Shown here: positions 1 to 9,892 of the stretch, in pieces
Position numbering within the stretch: the stretch's first letter is position 1
How the letters are laid out: every line of letters begins with the position of its first letter
Notes under the pieces: generated by a model
Databases searched by the model: none
What the model was told of the DNA's origin: nothing
Seen by the model: only the letters and a program-made list of their open reading frames with translations
Made by a program: the position numbers and the translations under genes
Source: an uncultured cyanobacterium
Lineage (GTDB): Bacteria; Cyanobacteriota; Cyanobacteriia; Cyanobacteriales; CAWUOF01
Assembly: GCA_963744145.1 (NCBI GenBank)
Contig: CAVUSO010000001.1
Location: forward strand, 640,001 to 704,000
Length of the DNA: 64,000 bases
Reading direction: 5' to 3'

Positions 1-1203
1 TAAAGCTATTGCCAAATTTCCGGTTTGTTCATAAATTTTTCCTAAACTTCCTAATCCAAAAGATTCACCGCGTTGATCACCTATTTTTCTAGCAATAGTG
101 ATCGCTTTTTCCAAGATTTTTACTTTTTGTTGCACCGTTAAGACGGAATTGTTAGATGTTGAGGTTGAGTTCCCTACTTCTGTAGCACTAATTAAAGTAT
201 ATGCTTTGGCACGAGAATCGGGTGCTGCTTCTATTAGTTTTATTGCTTGGGAGGTATAACCAACGAGTTGATCCTGTGGTAGTGATGGTAATTGACTAAA
301 AACGAGTTTATCCTGTGGTGGTGATGGTAATTGACTAGAAAAGAGAACTAAATTCAATAATGCTTTGGCTTGCCATATTCCACCTAATGCTTGACTTTGC
401 TGGATCGTAAGTTCGTAGTATGAACGAGCTTTGGCTGCATCTTTTTGGGCTAAATCCATCAAACGACTTTCTTCTTTCTCCTCTCCCTCCTTTGCCGCAG
501 ACTTAGCTTCTTGTAAATACCGCTTATAGCGACGCTGGAAAACATTTCCCAAATTATTTGAGTTTATACTCATGAGACTAGAATTCTTTAAGCCTGTGGC
601 TAAATTCAAACTCCGATCATAAGCAACGATCGCTTTTTCTAAGTCTCCCCCAAGGTAATAAGCATTACCTAATACCCCTTGTGCTGCGGCTTCTATGCTT
701 TGCTTTTGCTCTTTACGCGCTAACTCTACTACTGACTGCAAAATTGGCACAGCAACCCGAAATTGCCCCAATGCGTTGTAAGTCTGTGCTTGTTCCATCA
801 ATACTTGCGCGAGGATTTGATGGGATTCCCGATCTGAGAGCAATTGATAAATTTTTGCGGCTTTTTTCCATTGGGCGATCGCTTCTCCTAAATTCCCTAT
901 TTGACGATATGCTGACCCCAAGTTACTGTAGATTGTGGCTTTTTCTTTTTGGTTGGATGTTTGGGACAGCATTGATAACCAAATCCCGATCGCTTCTTGA
1001 TACTTTCCAGCATTATAGCGATCGCTACCTTCATCTCCCAAACTAATCTGAGCAGGTATTTCGAGCTTATAATCAGATTTTTCACTAATTAATTGACCAG
1101 ATTTTATTGCAGGAAGTCGCTCAGTAGCGTTCACAATTTCTAACCAATTTAACCCCCCGATAATTAATGATAATATACAGATGTAAACTTGTTTTTCTTG
1201 CAT
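1..1203 (-). CDS. TPR-repeat protein, probably the N-terminal part of a CHAT-domain protein; runs off the window edge
   Basis: Not in ORF track. ATG at 1203 gives MQEKQVYICILSLIIGGLNWLEIVNA... with TPR-like segments (KATIYSNLGSAYRQIGNLGEAIAQWKKA), and the same frame at the window edge reads FGLGSLGKIYEQTGNLAIAL. CHAT is inferred from the DUF928/FHA neighbourhood, not seen. Confidence 0.75.
   Translation of the reverse strand, partial: MQEKQVYICILSLIIGGLNWLEIVNATERLPAIKSGQLISEKSDYKLEIPAQISLGDEGSDRYNAGKYQEAIGIWLSMLSQTSNQKEKATIYSNLGSAYRQIGNLGEAIAQWKKAAKIYQLLSDRESHQILAQVLMEQAQTYNALGQFRVAVPILQSVVELARKEQKQSIEAAAQGVLGNAYYLGGDLEKAIVAYDRSLNLATGLKNSSLMSINSNNLGNVFQRRYKRYLQEAKSAAKEGEEKEESRLMDLAQKDAAKARSYYELTIQQSQALGGIWQAKALLNLVLFSSQLPSPPQDKLVFSQLPSLPQDQLVGYTSQAIKLIEAAPDSRAKAYTLISATEVGNSTSTSNNSVLTVQQKVKILEKAITIARKIGDQRGESFGLGSLGKIYEQTGNLAIAL
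262..340. repeat. 39-bp in-frame tandem duplication inside the TPR gene
   Basis: AACGAGTTGATCCTGTGGTAGTGATGGTAATTGACTA at 262 and a near-identical copy at 301 (SQLPSPPQDKLV / SQLPSLPQDQLV). Confidence 0.8.
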
Positions 1204-1286
1204 GTTCAAGCCCAATCCCTAGCAGACGCTATTAATTAATTTTAGTGATTAACTTAGAAATGAAAATTAAATAACATGATGGTTCA

Positions 1287-1337
1287 GGATCGCCGTGAGT
1301 GCCCTGAGCATAGTCGAAGGGCGCTCACGGCAATCCT
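1287..1337. repeat. GC-rich hairpin carrying the small dispersed repeat (CTGAGCATAGTCGAAG) in its loop region
   Basis: Arms GGATCGCCGTGAGTGCCCT / AGGGCGCTCACGGCAATCC. Confidence 0.7.
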
Positions 1338-1382
1338 AAGCAAATTATTTAATTTCTATTTCTTATCTGACTATTCCCTCTA

Positions 1383-2192
1383 CTAATTGCTCGCTAGAGA
1401 TTGTGGTTGGGAAATATCGATGTTAGATAAACCCTCTTGATCTAGTAGAAAGCGGAAATATTGGGCACTTAATTTATCTCCAGGGTTTGTTAAATAGGCT
1501 GCTTTAGAAATATTGGCAATTGCATCATACCAAAAGCCCGACTTGGCATAAATAGCAGCAATTTGGTACAACTTCTGTGCAGAGGATTGATCTCTGGGAT
1601 CAAGTTTAAGTTGAGGATTTTTTTGAGTAGAATTATCAATCCGTTTAATTAAACCCTGCACATAGATATTTTTGGAGGGATGTTTAGCATTGCAGATTAG
1701 GGAAACAGTCCAGCGATATTCTTGATCAGCGGACAAGCCCTGCACATTATTGGGTAGTTCTAGTTGAAAAATACCATTTTTGACGTTGGAGAATTGTTTA
1801 ACTAGTAATGGTTTTGATACTCCAGGTTGTGTTAGCTCAAATTTCATTACATTTGATGGTGTTTTGGAGACATACCAAAAGAATGTAGGATGATCCGTAG
1901 ATGTTAAGCCAATGTGATCACTGGGAATTAGTAATGAAAGTGAACCAATGGAGTCTGATGGACAGCCTTCTCCCCGCGAACCTGCTGATTCTTGACGTTG
2001 AATTTGAGATTTACTGGTTGGAGGAACGTACTTTTCAAAATCCTCGGCTAAAGCTTTGGTACTGAAAACATTTGGCTGTCCAAAAAAGTTTACAGGGGAG
2101 TATTTGCTCCAGAAATTAAAGGCACCTGTGGATTGCAGTAGGGTAAAAAGAACTGCCCCAGTAAGGATTGTCGTAAATTTAGGGTTAGTCAT
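1383..2192 (-). CDS. DUF928 domain protein
   Basis: AGSRG..C, GLT...HPTFFWYV, YRWTVSLICN and IYAKSGFWYDAI motifs; N-terminal hydrophobic signal. Confidence 0.88.
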   Translation of the reverse strand: MTNPKFTTILTGAVLFTLLQSTGAFNFWSKYSPVNFFGQPNVFSTKALAEDFEKYVPPTSKSQIQRQESAGSRGEGCPSDSIGSLSLLIPSDHIGLTSTDHPTFFWYVSKTPSNVMKFELTQPGVSKPLLVKQFSNVKNGIFQLELPNNVQGLSADQEYRWTVSLICNAKHPSKNIYVQGLIKRIDNSTQKNPQLKLDPRDQSSAQKLYQIAAIYAKSGFWYDAIANISKAAYLTNPGDKLSAQYFRFLLDQEGLSNIDISQPQSLASN

Positions 2193-2312
2193 GGATTTAG
2201 AAAAAAAGCTTATAACGAAGATACCATATTGATATATTTATTTACAATATTTCGGAGAGTTTTTGATTGCCAATGGTAAAATAGAGTTTAATCAACTTAG
2301 TGTTCTCGATCT

Positions 2313-4991
2313 ATGAAATTGCATTTTTACTGGTGTGGGTGGTCAGTAGCTTTTTTTTGGTATTTGTTAGCGACACCTAAACCTACATTGGCCCAAAGTA
2401 TTGTTCCAGATCGGACTCTTCCAGTTAATTCCATTGTGACAAACCAAGGGAACACTAATCTGATCACTGGTGGAACTACGGCAGGTAGCAACCTATTCCA
2501 CAGTTTTACTCAATTTTCTGTTCCGACAGGCAACACTGCTTATTTTAATAATTCTGCAACTATTCAAAACATTATTACTAGAGTTACAGGTAGTTCTGGT
2601 TCCGCGATCGATGGTGTACTCAAAGCTAACGGTACTGCCAACCTATTTTTGATTAATCCGAATGGCATAGTTTTCGGTCAGGATGCCAGTTTGAGCATTG
2701 GTGGTTCATTTCTAGCCACGACCGCAAATAGTTTAAAATTTTCCGATGGGATGATATTTAGCGCCACAAATCCTCAGACTCCAGCCCTATTAAGCATCAA
2801 CGTTCCCATTGGCTTGCAGTTCGGTTCAACACCACAACCAATCTCAAATTCTTCTCAAACTATTAGCAATTATCAACAAGTAGTTGGGCTGGAAGTGCCA
2901 TCAGGCAAAACCCTAGCTCTGATTGGTGGGAACTTAACCCTAACAGGTGGAACTCTGACCGCACCAGAAGGACAAATCGAACTGGGCAGTTTATCTGGTG
3001 CTGGAACGGTTAACTTCAATCAAACAGGAGCGATCGGAAAGACTTATGTTTTTGACTATACAGGGATACAAAATTTTGGCGATATCCAACTATCCCAGGG
3101 TGCTGTAGTCGATGTGAGTGGAGATGGTGGGGGTAATATCAATGTTCAAGGAAGAAATTTGAGTCTTACCGATGGTTCTCAGATTAGGTCTAACACCTTC
3201 GGCACAAAGTTGGGAGGTAGCTTAACAGTAAACGCTTCTGATTCGGTCACCATAACTGGACAAGCTGCGGGTGCTAATCCCATTTCGAGTGCCTTATTAG
3301 CTAATGTGAACGGAAATGAAGTTAGTGGACATGGTAGCAATTTGACCATTAATACAAGACAATTACTGGTTCAAAATGCTGGATTTATATCAACCGCAAC
3401 TTCCAGTTCGGGAACAGCAGGTGACTTAACCGTAAACGCTTCTGATTCAGTGGAACTAACGGGGAATGGTGCGTTTTTGGACGGTTCGACATCTGGTAGT
3501 GGACATGGTAGCAATTTGACCATTAATACAAGACAATTACTGGTTCAAAATGCTGGATTTATATCAACCGCAACTTCCAGTTCGGGAGCAGCAGGTAACT
3601 TAACCGTAAACGCTTCTGATTCAGTGGAGCTAACGGGGGATGGTACGTCTTTGGTCGGTTCGACATATGAAGGTAGTAGTGGACATGGTAGCAATTTGAC
3701 CATTAATACAAGACAATTACTGGTTCAAAGTCCTGGATTTATATCAACCGCAACTTTTAGTTCGGGAGCAGCAGGTGACTTAACCATAAACGCTTCTGAT
3801 TCAGTGGAACTAACGGGAGATCATGCGTTTTTGATCGGTTCGACATATAAAGGTAGTGGACATGGTAGCAATTTGACCATTAACACGAAAAACTTACTGC
3901 TCCAGAATGGTGCCCAAGCAATATCTGTTGTTGAGGGTACTGGCAAAGGTGGAAATTTAATTATCAATGCTACAAATTCCGTAGAATTAATCGGTACTAC
4001 CACAACTGGAAAGGATGGTAGTGCTCTGTTTACTGCCGTTCAGAATCAGGGGTCAGGAAATAGTGGCAATGTGATAATCACCACAAAACAGTTAAGTATC
4101 CAGGATGGCGCTGGGGTCTTTAGCGGAGCTAATTCTGGTACTAGTGGTGCGGGAGGAAATACTATTGTGCGGGCTTCTGATTTTGTGAAAGTCACTGGCA
4201 CAGATATTAAACAGGGTTTGAGGAGTACATTGCATGTCGGAAGTTATGGTAGTGGATCAGCAGGCAATTTAATCATCGACACAGGAAAGTTAATCATTGA
4301 TCACGGAGCAAACATTTTTGCTGTATCTGCTAGTGTTAATGCTGGTGACATAACCATAGACGCTCAACAGTTACTTTTGCGTCACAACAGTAGTTTATCT
4401 GCTAAATCTGGTGGTGCTGGGGATGGTGGCAATATTAAACTGAACTTGCCTACAGGTACTATTACAGCCTTGGAAAATAGCGAAATTACGGCTAATGCAG
4501 ATCAAGGTTCAGGTGGTAAAATTATGATTGAAACTCAATCGGTTTTTGCTCCTCTAGTCGATAAACAAATCACCGCTGCTTCAAGTGGTGGTCTTCAAGG
4601 TCTGGTCGAGATCACAACTCTTGGTGTTGATCCGACTAACGGAATTGTTAATTTAACTCAGCAAGTTTTTGAGCCTAGCAATCAAATTGCTCAACGTTGT
4701 TCTAGAAATTTAGCTAAAACCCAAGATCAATTTGTAATTACGGGCAATGGTGGTTTACCCGAAACACCTTCTAGTATATTGATTCCCTATAAAATACTCC
4801 CGATCATGGCTGTGCATCAAGGAAGAGCGATTGATAATAAAGCACCACAACCAGCGATCGCAAATACCTGGCAGTCGGTCGATCCAATTCAAGAAGCAAC
4901 CGGATTTACCTCTACCCCAGATGGAAAAGTGACCCTCGTTGCTAAGGTAACGCAACCATCAAACTCTGATTATTCAATCTGTTTTCACTAA
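2313..4991 (+). CDS. Filamentous haemagglutinin-family (two-partner secretion) exoprotein
   Basis: Signal peptide then AQSIVPD, NLFHSFTQFSV and NLFLINPNGIVFG (TPS domain); G/S/T-rich beta-helix repeats; cyanobacterial-type C-terminus (C...FVITGNGGLP, IQEATGF). Confidence 0.92.
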   Translation: MKLHFYWCGWSVAFFWYLLATPKPTLAQSIVPDRTLPVNSIVTNQGNTNLITGGTTAGSNLFHSFTQFSVPTGNTAYFNNSATIQNIITRVTGSSGSAIDGVLKANGTANLFLINPNGIVFGQDASLSIGGSFLATTANSLKFSDGMIFSATNPQTPALLSINVPIGLQFGSTPQPISNSSQTISNYQQVVGLEVPSGKTLALIGGNLTLTGGTLTAPEGQIELGSLSGAGTVNFNQTGAIGKTYVFDYTGIQNFGDIQLSQGAVVDVSGDGGGNINVQGRNLSLTDGSQIRSNTFGTKLGGSLTVNASDSVTITGQAAGANPISSALLANVNGNEVSGHGSNLTINTRQLLVQNAGFISTATSSSGTAGDLTVNASDSVELTGNGAFLDGSTSGSGHGSNLTINTRQLLVQNAGFISTATSSSGAAGNLTVNASDSVELTGDGTSLVGSTYEGSSGHGSNLTINTRQLLVQSPGFISTATFSSGAAGDLTINASDSVELTGDHAFLIGSTYKGSGHGSNLTINTKNLLLQNGAQAISVVEGTGKGGNLIINATNSVELIGTTTTGKDGSALFTAVQNQGSGNSGNVIITTKQLSIQDGAGVFSGANSGTSGAGGNTIVRASDFVKVTGTDIKQGLRSTLHVGSYGSGSAGNLIIDTGKLIIDHGANIFAVSASVNAGDITIDAQQLLLRHNSSLSAKSGGAGDGGNIKLNLPTGTITALENSEITANADQGSGGKIMIETQSVFAPLVDKQITAASSGGLQGLVEITTLGVDPTNGIVNLTQQVFEPSNQIAQRCSRNLAKTQDQFVITGNGGLPETPSSILIPYKILPIMAVHQGRAIDNKAPQPAIANTWQSVDPIQEATGFTSTPDGKVTLVAKVTQPSNSDYSICFH
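3324..3885 (+). repeat. Recent tandem repeats of 174-180 bp inside the FHA gene
   Basis: AGTGGACATGGTAGCAATTTGACCATTAA at 3324, 3498, 3678 and 3855; units near-identical at the DNA level. Confidence 0.9.
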
Positions 4992-5043
4992 CTGGAATTT
5001 GGAATTAAGCTGAATTTCTCCTCATTTTTTCCTCTACTAGCCA

Positions 5044-7290
5044 TTAGCTTGTGGCTCCTATTACCGTATCTGTTCCCAGTAAATTATTGTCCTGATACCA
5101 GTTTCCATTACTATCTAATTGTGCAAATGCTCCTACTCCAGTAATAATATCAGCCGCACCAGATGCGAGAAGATAATTATGATTTGTGGCGTCTACAAAT
5201 GGAGCATTACCAGACCAATCATTATTGCTTTGGGAGATAGTTTCAACAGTATCGTTACCAAAATTTGTGGCAATATTACTATCCAATTGTATCCCATCCG
5301 TGTTTGAACCACCAACACCTATTATGCCATCTACGGTATTGTTATAGACATAGCGATCGCCACTGCTATTTGATAATATAAAAATCCCCTGAGCTGAAGT
5401 ATTCCACACTACATTGTGGTCAAAAACAAAGTTTTTAGTATTAATATCGGCATAAATTCCATGAGAGCCAAAGCGCTTTAAACTTAGATTATTTTCACCT
5501 AGCAAATCATGGACATAGTTATAAGCAACTTCTGCTCCCTTCCCATCTGTATTTGGATTTATGCTAATGGCACCGCTATCAGTTGCCTGAAGATGGGTAT
5601 TGTAGACATCATTGTATTTAACGTCTAATCCTGAATCAACCATTATGCCATTGTAGCCACTGTTAAAGACGGTATTTTGAATAAACTGGTTTTTATCAGC
5701 ACCACCTGGATTAGTATGATTACCAGAGATCGCACCCTGATCGACACCTCCATCATAATCAACGTTGGAAATTATGTTGTTATAAATCAATGTCTTTTTA
5801 GCACCATCTAAAAAGAACATACTACCGGAACTACCATTAAACTGGCTATTGGTGAATTGATTTCCAGTTCCTTGAATATCAATTGTTCTAGGAGTCCGAG
5901 CGGTATCAAGAGCAATAGCATTATCCATGCTGTGGCCAATGTAACTGGCATTAACATGATCAATGATGTTATTGTTGCTATTGCTATCAAATTCAAAAGT
6001 GCCAGCTACAAAATTTATTCCTTTGATGGTGATATTTGACCGACCATTCAAAACAAACCAATAATCACGCGCTTTTGCTTCGACTTGCTGGGTATTAGGA
6101 TCGCTACCGTTGGGACTCCAAAAATATAAGTTATTGTTATTTGGATCTTTGAAATATTCTCCAGGAGCATCTAATGCTTGATATTTACCCCACAGATAGA
6201 AATAGTCGTGACTACCAGGCGTATTAGCAGCTTGACTCAGCGTCCCACTTGGTAAACTAAAATCTACCTCATCGGGATTAGAATTGGTAACGTTGCCTGT
6301 AAAATTATTCCACAGATAACCTGGAGCAAAAGTAATTTTACCTCCTTGCCAATTTCCTCCGGCATTCGCTAACGCGCTATCAGTATACCATCCGGCTGTA
6401 TCACTAATGTTACCACCTGTATCACTTACAGCTTTATCGCTATTAGTAAGATTAGTCACTTGATCAATAGAAATATTGGGCCAACGAGCTTCGCTCATCA
6501 TTTGTCCATTATCAATCACTTGATTTTGGCCCAAACCTAAATCCCAATTTTGGTTAGCAACATAAATTTCTTTTCCTCCACTTAGATCATAGGGAACCCA
6601 TCCAGTCACTAAATCGGCACCTGTTACTGTTACTTGTTCGTTGTTATAATTCGTGTAAGTTACGTTATTGTTACCAGGAGTGACTGTTTCGCGATAAGTT
6701 CCACCACGAATGAAAACAGTAGATCCGCTAGGTGCTACACTAGCTGCTTCCTGAATAGTTTTAAAGGCTGTTTGCAAAGTTTCACCATTATTTTGGTCAT
6801 TACCGTTGGTTGCATCTACAAAGTATTGAAAATTATTGGGCGTACTATTAACTTGAGGTGAACTGTAGGGAGTATTTATGTAACCGGGGGCACTCGGTGT
6901 GGGGACTGGACTCGGTGTGGGGACTGGACTCGGTGTGGGGACTGGACTCGGTGTGGGGACTGGACTCGGTGTGGAAATACACATACCAGTAATTGGGTCA
7001 GTAGTCGTACAAGTGGTGCTACCTGGAACTGTTGTTACTACCTGTGAAGTTGAGTTGATGGATAATATCCCAGCAGGCAAACTAGCAAATAGCGAATCGT
7101 TAGTAAGAGCATTATTAACATTTTGTAATAAATTCTGGAAGTCCGCATAGTCAACCATAGTTTGACTATTGGTTTGATTCAACGGAGCTAAGGAATTTGA
7201 GCAACTTGACGAAGATACAATTACACTTGTTGCCAGTGTGTGATTATTGTTATGACCTACAGATGGGATTAAATCAGTATTTACCGTCAT
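5044..7290 (-). CDS. Right-handed parallel beta-helix protein (DUF1565-like start, pectate-lyase-like fold) with a Pro/Thr linker
   Basis: YFVDATNGNDQNNG...AFKTIQEAA...VFIRGGTYRE; EARWPN; LDAPGEYF; Asn-rich beta-helix repeats; (PSPVPT)n linker. Confidence 0.75.
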   Translation of the reverse strand: MTVNTDLIPSVGHNNNHTLATSVIVSSSSCSNSLAPLNQTNSQTMVDYADFQNLLQNVNNALTNDSLFASLPAGILSINSTSQVVTTVPGSTTCTTTDPITGMCISTPSPVPTPSPVPTPSPVPTPSPVPTPSAPGYINTPYSSPQVNSTPNNFQYFVDATNGNDQNNGETLQTAFKTIQEAASVAPSGSTVFIRGGTYRETVTPGNNNVTYTNYNNEQVTVTGADLVTGWVPYDLSGGKEIYVANQNWDLGLGQNQVIDNGQMMSEARWPNISIDQVTNLTNSDKAVSDTGGNISDTAGWYTDSALANAGGNWQGGKITFAPGYLWNNFTGNVTNSNPDEVDFSLPSGTLSQAANTPGSHDYFYLWGKYQALDAPGEYFKDPNNNNLYFWSPNGSDPNTQQVEAKARDYWFVLNGRSNITIKGINFVAGTFEFDSNSNNNIIDHVNASYIGHSMDNAIALDTARTPRTIDIQGTGNQFTNSQFNGSSGSMFFLDGAKKTLIYNNIISNVDYDGGVDQGAISGNHTNPGGADKNQFIQNTVFNSGYNGIMVDSGLDVKYNDVYNTHLQATDSGAISINPNTDGKGAEVAYNYVHDLLGENNLSLKRFGSHGIYADINTKNFVFDHNVVWNTSAQGIFILSNSSGDRYVYNNTVDGIIGVGGSNTDGIQLDSNIATNFGNDTVETISQSNNDWSGNAPFVDATNHNYLLASGAADIITGVGAFAQLDSNGNWYQDNNLLGTDTVIGATS
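6892..6974. repeat. 18-bp tandem repeat (4.5 copies) encoding PSPVPT
   Basis: ACTCGGTGTGGGGACTGG units at 6892, 6910, 6928, 6946 and a partial unit at 6964. Confidence 0.95.
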
Positions 7291-7414
7291 TGTCCTTCCG
7301 GATTTATTAACATAACGTCACACTTAGTATAAGGTAATACTTAATATAACTCCATAAATCACTAAGAATTTTCAGCATCGAGGAAAAATGTAATCATTGC
7401 TGGTCAAAATTTGT

Positions 7415-7930
7415 TCACTTGTCCAGGTGGGAAACATAGCTGTGGATATTTTCTAACTCAAATTGACGTAAAAGTTTTGTCGCTTGGTAAGTCAAAGCTT
7501 CGGAACCTTTGACAACGATTAGATATTTGCCAGCATTGAGACGATCGCGATAGGGTAAAGATTCAGCTCGGTTAAAGATCAAACTAACATCACCACCCAC
7601 AAATATACTACCCATGGCTCCAGCGATCGCACCAAGGACACCACCAAGTAAATGATTACCCCATTCACCAGCCCAAGCAAAAGTATCTAATTTAGTAATC
7701 AGACTAAAAGTACAGCCCGCTGCAAACCCAAACGGGACTAACCAAGTGGCCATGAATTTAGCTCTTTGACCAGCTTGGGCAAATGGGTCTACTAGACCAT
7801 ATTCATCAATATTTTGATAACCTTGACCGAGAATCGTAATTTGATTGATCGGTAGACCGGCTTGTGCCAGAGTAGAATAGACAGATTCAGCTAACAGGCG
7901 ATCGCGAAGCACAGCAACTAGATAATTCAT
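7415..7930 (-). CDS. Conserved cyanobacterial membrane protein of unknown function
   Basis: MNYLVAVL start, two Gly-rich TM segments, YRDRLNAGKYLIVVKG. Confidence 0.75.
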   Translation of the reverse strand: MNYLVAVLRDRLLAESVYSTLAQAGLPINQITILGQGYQNIDEYGLVDPFAQAGQRAKFMATWLVPFGFAAGCTFSLITKLDTFAWAGEWGNHLLGGVLGAIAGAMGSIFVGGDVSLIFNRAESLPYRDRLNAGKYLIVVKGSEALTYQATKLLRQFELENIHSYVSHLDK

Positions 7931-8114
7931 AACTCATCAATGGTAAAATCAACAGGGGTATCAAGTCTGGGATCTGGGGAATTGACAGAGAACCAACCAT
8001 AATTGATGCCCAGATTCTCAATCCTCCAAGAGGTGATCATATTTAATCCTTTCTTTTTAAAGCACTCATGTTAGGGAATATATACTGTTTCTTGGTTTAA
8101 ATGAGCTAATAATC

Positions 8115-9695
8115 ATGTCAAAAGTTCTCGTCTCTGATCCAATTGACCAAGCTGGCATAGATATACTGTCCCAAGTTGCCCAAGTTGATGTCAAACTAGA
8201 GCTAACTCCGGCAGAACTGATTCGGATTATGCCAGAATATGACGCGCTGATGATCCGCTCTGGAACTCGCGTCACTAAAGAAATCATCGAAGCTGGGACT
8301 CAATTAAAAATTATTGGACGCGCTGGGGTAGGTGTCGATAATGTTGATGTACCTAGTGCAACTCGCAAAGGAATTATCGTTGTTAATTCTCCAGAAGGCA
8401 ATACTATTGCTGCGGCTGAACATGCGCTCGCGATGATGTTATCCCTGTCTCGTCATATTCCAGCAGCAGATCAATCAGTTAAAAAGGGTAAATGGGAACG
8501 TCAGCGTTTTACCGGAGTCCAAATCTACAAAAAAACCCTAGGAATTGTCGGACTAGGAAAAATTGGTTCCCATGTGGCTACTGTAGCCCGGGCCATGGGG
8601 ATGAAACTCCTAGCTTATGATCCTTTTATTTCCAGCGAGAGAGCCGAACAACTGGGTTGTCGTTTAGTGGAAATGGATTTACTCCTACGGGAAGCTGACT
8701 ATATCACTCTGCACATTCCCAAAACACCAGAAAGCGCCCATTTAATTAATGCAGAAGCTTTAGCGAAAATGAAACCAACAGCCAGGATTATTAACTGTGC
8801 TAGGGGCGGAATTATTGATGAAGCAGCTTTAGCGACAGCATTACAAACAGGGCAAATTGCTGGTGCAGCTTTAGATGTTTACGAAAAAGAACCACTGGGA
8901 GAATCGCCCCTTCTCAATTTTGAGAAAGAGATCGTGCTTACCCCACATCTGGGTGCTTCGACCACCGAAGCCCAAATTAATGTTTCCATTGATGTAGCTG
9001 AACAGATTCGAGATGTATTGTTGGGATTACCTGCTCGCTCCGCAGTTAATATTCCTGGACTCAATCCTGATGCTTTGGAAAAACTCAGACCATACTTGAG
9101 ATTAGCAGAAACTCTGGGCAATTTAGTTGGTCAACTAGCTGGTGGCAGAATTGATCTACTAAATGTGCAAATGCAAGGAGATTTAGCGAATAATGAAAGC
9201 CAACCAGTAGTAGTGGCATCATTAAAAGGATTACTTTCTCAAGCCTTGCGAGAGCGCGTTAATTATGTTAATGCCACGATCGAAGCAAAAGAGCGGGGAA
9301 TTCGTGTCATTGAAACCCGAGATGCTTCTATTCGAGATTATGCGGGATCGCTACATTTAAAAGCCAAAGGTTCATTAGGTGAACATTCGGTCACAGGTGC
9401 TTTATTAGGAGATGGAGAAATTCGGATCACCGATATTGATGAATTTCCGATCAATGTTCCTCCTACTAATCAGATGCTGTTTACCCTCCATCGAGATATG
9501 CCCGGATTAATTGGCAAGATCGGCTCTTTTTTGGGCGGTTTTAATGTCAATATCGCCAGTATGCAGGTCGGACGTAAAATCGTGCGTGGGGATGCAGTGA
9601 TGGTGTTAAGTCTTGATGATCCTTTACCAGAAGGTGTCCTGGATGAAATTCGGAAAGTTCCAGGCATTCGGGATGCTTACACAGTGGTACTTTAA
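8115..9695 (+). CDS. serA: D-3-phosphoglycerate dehydrogenase
   Basis: GRAGVGVDNVD, GIVGLGKIG, INCARGG, TPHLGAST; C-terminal ASB/ACT domain. Confidence 0.98.
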   Translation: MSKVLVSDPIDQAGIDILSQVAQVDVKLELTPAELIRIMPEYDALMIRSGTRVTKEIIEAGTQLKIIGRAGVGVDNVDVPSATRKGIIVVNSPEGNTIAAAEHALAMMLSLSRHIPAADQSVKKGKWERQRFTGVQIYKKTLGIVGLGKIGSHVATVARAMGMKLLAYDPFISSERAEQLGCRLVEMDLLLREADYITLHIPKTPESAHLINAEALAKMKPTARIINCARGGIIDEAALATALQTGQIAGAALDVYEKEPLGESPLLNFEKEIVLTPHLGASTTEAQINVSIDVAEQIRDVLLGLPARSAVNIPGLNPDALEKLRPYLRLAETLGNLVGQLAGGRIDLLNVQMQGDLANNESQPVVVASLKGLLSQALRERVNYVNATIEAKERGIRVIETRDASIRDYAGSLHLKAKGSLGEHSVTGALLGDGEIRITDIDEFPINVPPTNQMLFTLHRDMPGLIGKIGSFLGGFNVNIASMQVGRKIVRGDAVMVLSLDDPLPEGVLDEIRKVPGIRDAYTVVL

Positions 9696-9892
9696 TTTAA
9701 GTTGCAGCCAAGGATAATCAACAGTCAGCAGCGAATCGGAAAAAATAAGAGTGACTCAGGAGCAATCCTGGCAAAAACTAGATTTTTCCTGCTTGGGCTT
9801 TTCACACCTTATTTTTCGCCTTCGCTGTCTGCTATTAATTTTATCTTCGGATGATAGCAGAGCAATTTTATTATCTACTTTGAGCATTTTGA

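Noticed and set aside
681..1046. 121-aa plus-strand ORF (and 897-1085 minus)
   Set aside because: Shadow frames of the TPR gene that reads from 1203 off the window edge.
6899..7150. 83-aa (GTGLGV)n ORF
   Set aside because: Antisense reading of the PSPVPT linker repeat.
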